Below are positions 1-12,946 of a stretch of 64,000 bases of DNA, in pieces. The notes beneath the pieces are model-generated. The model saw only the letters and a list, made by a program, of their open reading frames with translations, had not been told where the DNA came from and did no database searches. This DNA comes from Ophelia neglecta (lineage: Eukaryota), in the NCBI GenBank assembly GCA_965285935.1, contig OZ260664.1:22444001-22508000 (forward strand). Reading direction: 5' to 3'. The position numbers and the translations under genes are program-made. Within the stretch, counting starts at the first letter, position 1. The number at the start of each line of letters is the position of its first letter.

Positions 1-3000
1 AGACCTTTGGGTAGGATTCACCTCAAAATGCGGGCCGGCAAGCTGCGATACATCCCGTGTCCCATCAGCTCAGGTCCTATGCCAAACAATGCTGGGAGGC
101 CGTGTTCGGTTTGATTTACACTTGAGTAAATAGCGGATGGAGTGTGTCAGCATGGCGGCTGGCAGGGCGCCGGCCCTTGTTGGTCCAAAGCCCGGCCCGA
201 CCCGGCTACAGACCCCACAACTCACCTAGTGTAACAGCCGCCGACACCGCTCAAAGCTTACTCCAAAATACAAATCAAAACAGACAGAATACGGGTCACG
301 GTTGTCCGACTAGAGTGGGAGCAAAGAAATCCAGGCCAGAGAGCTGTCAGGAAGCTTATCACAGCCCTTAAGGGCGGGAGAATTGACCCCTGCTCAACCT
401 TCCACATTGCAAACAAACTCGAAAACAACCGTCTGCTTATCATCAAATCTAATACTAACTTGGCATGTTGAAGTTTTTGTCCAAATTTGCCATATCTTTA
501 CATTCAAAACAGCTGCCTGTCCGAAAATAATAAACTAACGTGTTACTATTATATTCATTCATGCCATATGATGCGCCCTAACATATTTTGCTACTTAAGG
601 CGGACTGCCCCCGTTACCAAATCTCACACTTTTAAATGGTCGCAGAAGACGGTGAAACTTATAATAAAATGTATTTACCAGTAGAGCAACTAATCAAACG
701 ACAACATAACATAGTCATGTAAGATTGGCATATATGGAATATCTAAAATTGTGAAAATCTAATATTGAAGTAGAGTCATGTCCATGTTGAATACCACAAC
801 TACTCGTCTCAGCAGGTTTACCCGTGGGCTCCTAAACTTATTTACTTATACGCCCTCGTGAGTACACAGTGTGGAATGACAGAGAGGTGACACTCGACAT
901 AGCAAAACGACCAAGACGGATCCTGAGACAAATAATATGTCACCTGGAGGGGCTACAACTCAAAAAAATATATACAAGTATTCAAGTTCTCGTACAGGTG
1001 ACACAACTACACACGGTACAAGCGTTAATTAGCAGAAAGGATGGTTGTGACCATCATAGGCATGTCCGTGTGCCGCTATTTTACAGTGTCTGAGTAACAT
1101 CATACGTAATATCTGTCTGTCAGATGTGAGAAAACATCATCAGTTTTTGCCAGTCTTATATTCTGAGGTGTAAGGCCAGTGCCGATTACCAATTCCACAC
1201 AATGTTTGAAGTGCTCTGTTAATGACAATACACTGGTAGCGTTAAATATACATCAGTATATTATGAAATAGCAATTTCGGAAAGTAACCCAAATACTAAA
1301 TCACAGAGAACAGCTCTGATGTTTCGCACAAGAGGCTTAATTTGAACTATTACATCCGGGTTTCTATAGACCAACCAAGGACAAACTATTATCAGAAGTT
1401 ATTCAAATATAGAATAATGTGATTTGGGTGTTTTTTTTTCATTAGGAATAAATTGTTTACCTGATCCATGAGACTTGAAATATCAACATTCATGGATCTC
1501 ATGGCTGAATGATTACTAAAACAGTCGACTACGTGTTTTTTTTTCAATGCTAATTACGTCTTCCAATTGGCAAATCAATTTCATGTATGCCACTATAATA
1601 AATCAAAATCTTTGTCGGCAAACATTAAACTGATTTTTTTTATCTTGTAGCGTAGCTTGGCTCATTTTTCCTGTGATCTTTCCACACATATATTAATTTT
1701 ACACACCGAATTTCTATCAAGTCAACAGAGAAACCCGTTGAAAAGAGTTGTCACATTCCAGTAACATTTGATTATTTGCATGTCAGTCATAGACAGCGGA
1801 TTGAAACCATATGAAGGGTAGGATATCACTTGACAGATTACAGATGGTCCTTAATGGAACATTGATATATATCTCAGCTACGGAGCAGCTACCGTCTCTA
1901 TCTGGTGACTGACACAAAACAGAACATACTCAGCTGATGATATATGCGGAAATTCCGGCAAATATGCCATAAAATCGATTATTGACTCGAGACTAACAAG
2001 GCAGTGGGGTTGAGGAAATTAAAAAAAAAAATGACATACGCTACTTATGATTTTTAATGAAATCTACTACAGTACGTGTAAGACAATCTCCCCCTTCATT
2101 ATTCTTGTTGTGGACCTGCGAAGGCAGCTCATACAAAACTAGTGGGTGTATTAAACACGAAAGGAATCTCACATAATATGTATGACAAAGGGCTGTTAAA
2201 ATTCATGGCTTTCCCTGTCTGAAATGAACGACCGTAAAGGGGAGTTTGCCAATCCCGAGTTTTAATGACAATGCAGAATCTTGATTGTTACAATCGGGTC
2301 AGGGATCTATGTAAATCCCCGGGGGTGTTTTAGACACAATACCCTCATGGGCACCTGTTAATGGCAGCCATTCAGTGGGCCTCCCTGGGGATTGTATTGT
2401 CTTTGACAATGCCCTTGACCCACCTAAAAGCTGAACCCGCCCCTTTCCCGCAGCGCTGGACTTGACGATATCTATGACCAACAAGCACAAGCTAGGATTA
2501 AATCCTTACTGCTGCCAGCCCGCGCCAGATGAATTGTGGACTATGTTTTGTTTCACACGCTTAAAATAGGACAATCTGTGTAAGACCGGGGTGTAAGACT
2601 GTAGCTTCAGCATGCAAATGAATGCTTTGTGTAGAGTCGTGGCATTTCAGCTAGGTTTACCCGCTCACTTCTAACGTTTACATGTTAAAGGAGTGTTTCC
2701 ACCTGTCCACAAACTCAAAGTCAGCTCTGTTTGTGCACGTGAATAACTTGTTATTGATTAGCTGAAAGGAAGTTTTAAAGCAAGTATATTTGCACAATCC
2801 ACTTTGGCCTTGACTCTTGTCCCTTTAGTGATTTTGTCAATTATGGACCCATCGGTCGAAAAAACAAATCAAATGCATGTAAATAATGGAACATAATCTC
2901 TACCGGTCACGGGACACCCCCGCTTTTACCACACATAGGTGGAAACATTTATAAATGACCATTGGTGTATGTATTCACCCAAGTGTGAATGATAGTATTA

Positions 3001-4887
3001 ATATCCGATCCAAGGAATAATCATATAAAGGAAATATAGAGCTTCAATGTATAGGGACACTTGAACAGGCACACAAGAATCTATAGTCGTATTCAACTAC
3101 ATTATGCTTTTAGGTAAATCGGTTCATTGTGAGATTAGCTCGGGCCATTCTGGGTCTTATAACAGCTTAAAACTAATGTATCACTGCACTATATGGTAGT
3201 CAAGCGTTTTTGGAATCCTTTGAATAAAACTTGTTATTACACATACCGATTTGGGTCATGTGAATATGTCCAGCTATATACACAAAATACAGTCGGCACA
3301 ATGTGTAAACAGGCATCAATTATGAATAATGCATAAAGAAATGGCTTCATTGGTGATTATGTATTTAAATCAATGGCATACTTGTGTCCGATGTGAAGAC
3401 CTACACGTGCTAGAGATTCACCTGCATTATGACAATACAGTGTCTATCAGGTCGACATGTATAAGTGCTTTCCCAATAGCTTCCAAAGTAAACAGAAAAC
3501 TACGAGGCCTACTAATAAAATGTGTTACAACTGTCATAGTAAACAGAGTGATACGTATGACAGTAATATTTATCCTACATTGCATAGCAAATACACAAAT
3601 ACTTCTAACTGCCTATAACCTAATAGTCTTGAAGAAGCAGAACAGATAGGAGAGTTTTTTTAACAGACTGTTCGTGGGAGCTTTCAGTTATTTGTTAGCT
3701 AGTCGTATGTTATAAAAAGCTTCTTTACTCGTATATGTCCCCCTTTTATAAGAACGACATGGGTTTTGAACCTTCATATTATCATTCAAAAGAGGTTAAA
3801 TTCACACACAGCTATCATTCAAACAGCATCTTCATACTATTTTGGCCAGATTTTCTCACTTCCTGTGACCATAGAGAACATATAATATATATGTTTATAT
3901 TAAAACAGCAAAACGCCCAGTATTGAAGACAGCAAGGTATCGTAGGCACGTAGTGCTTCCCTGGTCACGAATCCTTGCTGTCAATGTACACCTAAGATTT
4001 ATATAACATACCGATATAAAATTACAACATAATATGACTTAGATTTGTTTCTGATATGGTCTATATGTACATGTTTATATATAGAACAAATGACAGAACA
4101 TGTGTACAGTGTACATAAAGATGCCAACTGACACTACTTAGTCCAGTTGAGGAGATTTTGTACAAGATGGGCGTGAAAGTTTATCTAGATGACATTTCAA
4201 ACACTAGCCGATATTGCCAGGCCCAAATATAGAGAAATTGGCCCTAATAAGGGGCCCTAAAATAGCTGACCAGTGTTTGGTAAAGATACATAATTCCCAA
4301 ACAAACCGACGCATCTATCACATTAATGACAGGAGTGTATCCACAATGTTGCCTTATTGACACATCCCTGACTTGAGTTTGGCATGTCCAAATTAAATCT
4401 GTTTGCAGTATACCGGTGTTTGAATACACCATGCGATGATTTTATGTAGATTGCGACTAGATGTAAACTTAACCCCCAATGAGTGCCACACATCAGTGTT
4501 GATAACATCATAAAGTATACATATTAATGAAACATACATGCTTAACCTTCGATGGATATCATTTATGTTCAGACATATATAGTCAGTTCAATATTAATAA
4601 TGGCATTTTTTCTTCAACTAAGTGAAACTCATTTTTATCATGCCTATAACTTTCATCGAGGGGGCATTTAGCAGCAACATTTCATGCGTTACACGGGTAT
4701 TTGGTGGAAAATCAAGGAGTTTGTCAACAACAAGGCACTTATCAGAGCACATGTACAAACAACTACACGAACATGGGCAATTCATCTGTCCATTTATCAA
4801 ATTCTGATTCAGAATATGGTGTCAATATTACATCAACCCAGCCTTACACGTACATTAACTTCGATAACATATAATTTAAATTCTTAC

Positions 4888-6126
4888 CTCGGGGCTCCAA
4901 AGACTTGGCGACTTGGGAAGTTTCGATTTTCTCCATTTTTTAGGGTTCAGGTTTAGCCTGGGTGCTCTTGACGGACTTGTCGGTGACTTGGCCTTCTGCA
5001 TACCTATAGGAGCAGGAGCAGAACTGGGTGTAACTGGCATGCTACAACTACCTCCCTGAGTCAAAGGGGTGTGGAAAACCAAACCCGGGTAACTAAGAAA
5101 ACCGTAATCGTCATTGTCTGTGTCACTGTCATCGTCCGTCCTCTCGTCCAGCATATTGGGCACAGAGCTGCTCCGTTTAAATTTCTCCTCGGAAGGCGCA
5201 GGTTTAGACTTGGACTTGGATCTTTTACCAGGCCTAAAGATTTTTTCTGAGATTGTTTGTAAGTTGAGTTTTATCCATAAAGATTTACGAGGTGAGCTTG
5301 GGGCATCCCCAGCCGGCGATGGGGGTGGGGAGGTGGTCGGATGAAAACCGTTTCGAGGAGTACCTGGATAGCTACTAGGGGTGGCTGGGTAGCTGTTATG
5401 ACCCTTATTTACGTATTGTATGTGGGGTGGATTGGGGCTCGACGATATCTTGTCGCCTGCCGACAGAGAGCGGTTCCTGAACGCCTCCAAGGCCATCTCG
5501 CTGCCTATACCTGGGAAAACCCTCTCCTCCACGGCGTGGCCATTCGTCCTGTGGTAAGGATTGGGCGGGTGGGTGTAGGAGAGGTCCTCTCCTTTGCTCA
5601 GTCCCCAGTTCCGGGTCATGCCACTATCACAGCTCTTTGACAGAGCCCTGCTGTCATGGCGAGTCTTTCTGTTGCCACTAACAGTGTTAAATCTACTCCT
5701 AGGAGTGATACACATTTCCTGCAATTGTCTCATGTTGTTAGGTGGGCTGACCGATCCATTGGTCTGCGCCCAGTAGTCGGGAGCGCTGGGGGAGAGGGGA
5801 CTCGATGGGGACCGTGGACTGGGAGTCTGGTGGTGGTAGTTATTACCATTATGATTGGGGTAGTGTTTACGTGCACTTCTCAGTGTGTTAAATCCATCCC
5901 ACCAGAGAGCAGTCTCCAGGTCGGCGAGTTTGTCCTCCTCCGGTTCGCTGGAGCCCTGAGAATGAGTACTGGGAGTGGAGTCGACGCCGAGGCTGGTGTT
6001 ACTGCTGCGGCCGGTTGATCCTCGAGCCAGGGGCAAGCCGCTCCCGGGCATCAACAGACTCTTAGGCCGGCCTGCCATCCCCGCAGCCTGAGTAACGGTC
6101 ATTACATAGCCCTGGGAGGAGAGCAT
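4888..6126 (-). CDS. Large first coding exon (413 codons, Ser/Pro-rich, probably disordered) of a gene continuing beyond the left edge; possibly Rho GTPase-activating protein 6-like N-terminus
   Basis: GC-rich ORF in AT-rich background. First ATG at 6126 (the track starts at an upstream TTG). Ends at a strong phase-0 donor GAG|GTAAGA (exon end 4888). The end NPKKWRKSK...SLWSPE| resembles my recollection of the end of ARHGAP6 exon 1 (SPRRW..RK...VWKSE|). No GAP domain is in the window, so identity is tentative. Confidence 0.75.
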
Positions 6127-6863
6127 CTGACGTCTAACATGCACAGCTGACTCCTCTCTCCTCCACAAGCTATGTATTGTAAACAACCAGTCTCTCGTCG
6201 ATCACATACCCATATCTAAACACAAAACACAACTAGCCACAATTCAAGGCTTCCCACGCTCGCTAGCTCTATATCCGTAATCAAAGGTGTCTTATAATCC
6301 TTAATTATTGTATCAATTAGACAGGGTAAGTGTCGTCTTCTTGGGTATGTATCCAAAACAAGCGCTTTAACTTGAATAATATAAATTGCAAGTTAGTCAC
6401 AGTTGTCTTCTTAGTACGCCAAGTAACCCTATCGAGGTCGCGGCTTGTAAAATATGTATGCCGTTCAGATTTCCATCTATGCGTAGCCGTGTGTACCTTA
6501 CTGCTATCTCAACTAATGTTGTCACTGATACACCTCCATATCACTAGATAAATTAACTGCCTATCCGTGTAAACCGATCATCACATGAATTTGCGCGGCG
6601 ATGTAGTAAATTTGGCAAACATTTGCGCGCATACATTACAAGCAAAGTTTGAGATAGAGGACTTCGCTCCCTCCAACTGACTTGTCCCTCCCTCCGTCAA
6701 TATGTTAACATTGGTAATGGCAACTTTCCAGCAATGGAGTATATGGTAGAAGTTTAAGCCTGCCTGTTAAGTAGAAGCGCAGTAAGGGGTTAATTTACGG
6801 CGCGTATACCTGTATGGTGACGGAGCGTGAAGCGACGATACCTGCAGCAAGCCACGCAGTGAG

Positions 6864-6864
<1 letters not shown>

Positions 6865-6903
<39 letters not shown>
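6865..6903. repeat. (CT)n microsatellite upstream of the minus-strand gene
   Basis: About 19 perfect CT units, directly visible. Confidence 0.95.
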
Positions 6904-6906
<3 letters not shown>

Positions 6907-9900
6907 CGCTCCAATGCTCCCGCATTCAAGCCGCAATCGCCCCTTTGTCCCCTGCTCTATTCACTATACAAGGTATTTGCATTGCGAGAGCGGTAGGCCG
7001 TGCGGCCAAAATATTTTCAATTACTATTGGACCGATGCCTTGTCCCCGCATTAATTGTAAATTTTGGGTTTACATATTTGTACAGCAGCTTAGAGAGCTA
7101 CTAAATGGCCGGTCCTTACTATTAAGCCATGTCTGGATTATACCGGGTAGGGGCGAAATTGAACCAGTAAACCTTGAAGAAAAAACCTCCGTGCCACGTA
7201 CAGATGTACCTTTTATGTACAGTAAACGTAAACTGATGTTTTGAATATTTGATTATAGTGACGCGCGTATGAATTTTTTGACATGATCACTGTCGACAGT
7301 ATTGTACTTTTAAATTCACCTTAATGTAAAAGACGCTCGCCGGAGGGAACGCGCAGTTGTACGGTATGTCGTCCAGACGATCACATTAATTCATCCTCGG
7401 GGCTTCACAATTAAGATTGATGGGGTCGAACCTGGCTAGCAGATAAGATAGCATAAGTCTAACGTCAGAGATGTCAAGCGACATAAAACGCTACGATTTA
7501 ACCTTGGCCACTTGTTGACCTTCAAATCGATGCCTGGCAGATATCACACCAGATAATCTTCTCATTTTGACATAAATCATGCGCACTTTCCTTGAGCACT
7601 CTGACAAGAAATGCCGTTAGTCTAAACCAAACTTTTCCTTTTAATGAATGAACCTACTAGCCTTGAAAAGATGTGTCTTTAGAAGGCCAATGAGGCGTTA
7701 AAGAGCCGTTGATATTATGAACTGCATTGCTGTCATTAATTATAGCTGGCTATCACGGTGTATAATATAAATCAAGATTCTGTCATCTTTAACCAAACGG
7801 TCGCCTGGTACAGTATGTACATAGCCGTTAAAGTTAAAGCATTGGCCAAAATTAAGGTATATCTCCGTTCGTTGCCTCGTCCTCTAAGTGTTTTTAAGAT
7901 TAAATGGCTATGAATTTAACTGAAGAATGTATCAGAAAGGAATCCGACATTTTATGAGGTAGGATGGTTCATATATCACGCTCATGCATGGCCTATAGCG
8001 GAATTGCTGAGAGCTATGTTAGATATGCCTTCTGGTTCGCCTGCATAATCGCAGACGACATCAATTGTAAGACGTTCGATAACATGCGATAATATGGGCA
8101 AGTAGGAGTTTTGTCTATTTGATTTATTGTTCAGTGTGTACACTGTCTACTGGTCAATTTATGATATTTACCAAATTAAGTCTGTTGTTTATATAGTATG
8201 GGCATATTGACTCATATGGCAAGTTAATGCGGGTTGGTTTGAGATTGGGCTCGGGGTAGGCCTATAGAACATTTCTTGATGGTGCTGCCCACGTTCAATT
8301 ATATGATGCATCAGTTGAACAGCGCCCATCTATTATAATTCTACTTTGAGTCCCTTGAAGTTAACCCTCCCATCCATGGGTAGTTCTCCGTGGATATGGG
8401 CCAAAAAGCGCACCCGGTGGATAGCAGGTGCAAGGGTGTCAGGGTCAAAAAATGACCCATCACCTCCTGTTAAGTAACGAAGAGAACACAGCTCCACCGA
8501 GAGCACCAATGATAATGGGTCTAAATCTATGCCAGTTGTATTTTTCCCTGCATAATCTACCATATATTTTCCCATTTTATCAGCATTCATTTGTCAACAT
8601 GACGGGGTATTAACAGAGTTAGAGCTCCGCCTTGGCCAAGTTTCCCTTAAGTTATATTCATATTTCGATAGGATATGTAATGTAAAAAACACATTCGGAA
8701 AAACTCACTCATTGCGTCGCCAAAGTGAAGTGAACATTCAATGTCAACTGTAATAGCTCTCGTTCATTTGGTTAAAAGGTAGGAAAATTTCAGGTTTGTT
8801 CACCAATCATTAACAAATAGGCTAATATTAGTAATCCTACAGGAAAAGTAGTTTGTGATAATTATAAAAGAACGACATGTAGGGGGATTCACAACAGTAG
8901 TTTGGTGACAGTCGCCATGAACGAGAACAGCAGTTCCAACCGACAAACACCAGTACTACTTAAAACAACCACCAGCATTTCACATCTTTTTTGGTTTGTG
9001 CATGGGTTCCTTTGAATTGTAATTTGTGTCTGACACTAGTACTAAATGTACATGATTACTGCAGAGTTTGGCATTCACCAGGTTTTCTTTGATAAAAACC
9101 GAAAAAGGATTGCATGGTAACAAACACATAATTTATAAAGAAAGCGACTCCTTATTTATAAAGTTAGACCGAGTAGAGCGCCGTCTACTGGAAAAGGAGT
9201 TGAGTAGACAAACTAAGGGCACTGACCTTCAGCTCGATTTGAATTGCAGCCGATTAATAAAAATCCCAAGATTTCTCTATTCATGAGCATTTTTTAAAAT
9301 GGTAATTCATGTATTACTCCAATGTCATATACTATAACATAAACAGGTTCTGTACTGTGTCGTAAAACTCTGTGGGTGGTTTTTGTAAGATTGCTACAGC
9401 ATAATTGTGCAGCGGGCAGGGCGGCAAAGGGCATTATTGTGAGGCAAGGGACCAGACTAATGTTGACTTAACAGCTACCTAATCTTTATAAGTCTTCAAG
9501 TCGTTTAAAAATTCTTATGGAGAGGGGCACTCATCAGGGAAAGCTGTTAATTATAAGATATAAATGGTTCTTAGTTCATTCCAGGTCATACCAGGCCGGC
9601 TATTTCTCGACGGAGAACAGCACAACTGGGAGACCTGGTGAGAATGATTGACCTTCTGTGGATCGTTTACTAAACGAACTCACCCTGCTCTGAGAAACTC
9701 GTCCTCATATCCCTCCCTTACTCGCCCTGTTTTTAGTAGGCCGGAGTTTAACGTCTTTTCCAGCAGATGTTATATCACAACTAATAAAGATCGCTGATAA
9801 ACTTCGTTTAAAATTCAATAAATCTGTCTGCGCTCTGACGAGGAGTTCATTGTCAGCTGGCTAAGATTTGAACTACCTAAATATCTTCTAACTCACTCAT

Positions 9901-10939
9901 CATCAACACCGACCCCGAATTACCACAGACGCAGGGCGGGAAAAAGCAGACGGCCTCGGACGTAACTGGTTGCCGGGAAACCAGATTTATCTCCATTACG
10001 CCTGTCGTGAATCTTCGCTGAGTCAGTAACTCTCAAGAATATATCGCGAGCAGATTGTACGTTAATTACCGGGTAGTAGATGGTTCGGCATGGCGATATG
10101 TCATGACGGTCTGTTCAGACGAGAAGCAGAGCAAACAGTCTTTACCAGACGAGCTGGTAGTAAGACATCCTGAAACCTTCACCTTGTACCTACTCCCGCT
10201 TCTGCCGCCCTTTCGTGAATTGACACTTTATTTTATGTCTAAATTATAATACACTGCATATAATGAAATCAACAGAATAAAAAAAACTTCACAATGACTA
10301 TCAAGTTTGTACAGAAAAACCAACTGCACTGACTTTTAAAAAAACAGGCTAGGAGTTCTACAAACCCAGATTTACATAACTGAGATTATGTTCACGGAGC
10401 AATACTTCGGACCAAATGAATTGCCTGTGTTTTTGGTGAGAGATCCACTTTTGTGGATGATTAAGTTTGAGTTAAATGGCTTATCATTATTTGAGGTAGA
10501 TGGTATTATAAAGTCCTTGCTCCTTTGCCTTTGCCATTTGCAGTAAACCTGGGTATAATTGCTGGAAGAAGAAATGTGGCACTTTTTTTTGATGTATTTT
10601 GGAATCCTTCTGTCAGACATGAAATAAATCGTCGGAGCTTTGTTTACCGTTATTCATAATACTGTTCAGTGAAGCCGTGTTCGCGCACTCGTGTTGGTTC
10701 GCGCACGACATGTGATGTCGTTTAGAATATTAAATGACACTTATTCCTTATCAGTTTTGGGAGGTTGTGTGCAACGTACGATCCACCAATTGTAATAATC
10801 GTTTTTAGGTATAAAGAATGGCTCAAAATTAATATTGTTTACATGTTATTTTGTTTTTAAGTTGAAAACTGCGGTGAAAGTTCGGTAAAAAACAAATGTT
10901 CAGTCCTAATTTGAAACTGATATAAGTAATAGTATGAAT

Positions 10940-12946
10940 CAGACATGGGGTAATCGTATTCAGTATTCGCATTCGAATGCATTCGAATACAAAAATTTGA
11001 GCATTCGAATACGTATTCGAATACATTAGAGAAATCAGTCTATGTATTCGTAATTGTATTCGAATACATTCAAATGTATTCGCATTCATGAATACATCCA
11101 TGAATACATGTGAAATAAATTATTTATAAAAAGAGTACATATTAAATGTTAGGTGATGCCATCCATTCAAATTAAGAATAAAGGTTTCTTTAATTTCAAC
11201 ACAAATTATCCATGAAAATAAACACTGACATAAACGTGGAAAAGAGTCTCCTTCAATGTTTATTCCTTTTACCATATTAACTAACAAGATACAACCGAAT
11301 GTGTTTATTTGTACTTCAAGTTTGAGGAATGTTTAGTACTGAGATATATCTAAAACAAAGACTTGATAATTGGACTGCAAATTAACTATGGGTGAGATGC
11401 ATAGTACTATAGATAATCATAACAATATTACTATTATATATCAACTATCAACAGCTAACTTAAAAAAGGCCAGTCCTCTGTTCACCAGGGTGGCGGAAAC
11501 CCGGGTTTTATACATAAAACCCTCCCCAGTAGGCATATGTGGGTAAACCCGGGTATTTATTAATTTGGGCTTATTAGGGATTATTGGAGAATCTGGGCAA
11601 TATAAATTTACTAGCAATCTAGCCCATCAATTCACCCCCACATCCCCACCCCACCAAGCACATCAGTCTATGTTTAATGCTAAACTGCCATGATAAAACT
11701 CACTTCTTACCTACTAGTCTAAACAACACATTGTGAAATGTATAGATATGTAATGGAGTCAAGGCATTTACACCAGATTTACACACACCCAGACTACTAG
11801 CTGCCCCTCAGACACTATATACACATTAGAACACTTAATTCATGGCAATTATACCCCACACCCCTTGTCCTTTACACTGTCATGTTTATTTGCAATTGCA
11901 ACACAATGGGAATCCCTGAAAATTTCCTGTTTACACAATGAGCCAATGACAATCAAAATTCCCTTAAATTCAGTCAGGTATGTGGATATAACATACACTA
12001 GTAGTCAAGTGATGTATAATACCTGAGTATAAACATTGTATTCAAATAGCTATGATAGCATGCATGCAATTAGCTATTTAAAAACATATAAATTGTGTTT
12101 ATTCTTTAGAGAAAAAAATATTCCCCGATAACCCCATTCTTCCCCATTTTGGGGATATTGCACGACCCAGGTTTTATTCCCCAGGTTTACCCACCCGGGT
12201 TTTATCCGGCCAACCCTGCTGTTTACCAGCACTGACAAAGGTGTCCTTATCACTCTCTCATGTTGTAGTTAAAGTCTCAAACTCATGTCATTTCTTGTTG
12301 TAGTTACGCAAATAGTCTCAGTCACTTGTCGCCTTCCTACTGAATCTTGCTTTAATGAAAAATCGCATATTCTCATAGTAGGGTTCAAAATGACCGCCTG
12401 TCCGCTCGAAGAGGCCATAAATGCATTAAAATCACTGTCCGTGTCCACGTTTGGTAGTTTTCCGCTGCTCCCAGGGAATATTAATGAATAAACAGTTCGT
12501 TCGGGCAAAAACTGTCCGTTTATTGCAGTTGTCCGTCAGTCAGAGGGTCCGTAAAACGCAGGATCTACTGTACACCAATCTCACTTAACTCTAGAATGAG
12601 ACCATGAGGCAACACAGGTCCAATTAATTGGACTTAAAACATTATATTACACCTTCTTGAGGTGGGGCAAGTAATCAAAGATGCTGTGTTAGATTAAGTT
12701 GTGTGCAATTGTAATACTGTTCTTGTTTAAAGAATAAATAATGATTTATGACCAAAGCTTTCATATTAATACCTAATTAAGTGAAAAGTATTCATGAATG
12801 CATTCATGAATACTTTAAAATGTATTCGTATTCGTATTAGAATACATTAAAAAATATGTGTATTCGTATTCGCATTCGTATTCATTATTTTTTCAAGTAT
12901 TCGTATTCGTATTCGAATACTTTTCAATGTATTCGCCCCATGTCTG
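10940..12946. mobile_element. Non-autonomous hAT-type DNA transposon
   Basis: TIR CAGACATGGGG (10940-10950) / CCCCATGTCTG (12936-12946). Perfect 8-bp TSD GTATGAAT (10932-10939 and 12947-12954). Subterminal GTATTC/GAATAC arrays at both ends. No transposase ORF. Confidence 0.9.
11486..12218. mobile_element. Second non-autonomous hAT-type element nested inside the first
   Basis: Termini CAGGGTGGCGG / CCGGCCAACCCTG. 8-bp TSD CTGTTCAC / CTGTTTAC (7/8 match). Subterminal ACCCGGGT motifs at both ends. Confidence 0.8.

Noticed and set aside
258-446. Minus-strand ORF ending near a GTAAGC donor as an alternative coding exon
   Set aside because: Its phase (2) does not match the phase-0 donor at 4888, and there is no other support in the window.
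5114-6018. Several plus-strand ORFs of 60-120 aa
   Set aside because: Antisense shadows of the GC-rich minus-strand exon.
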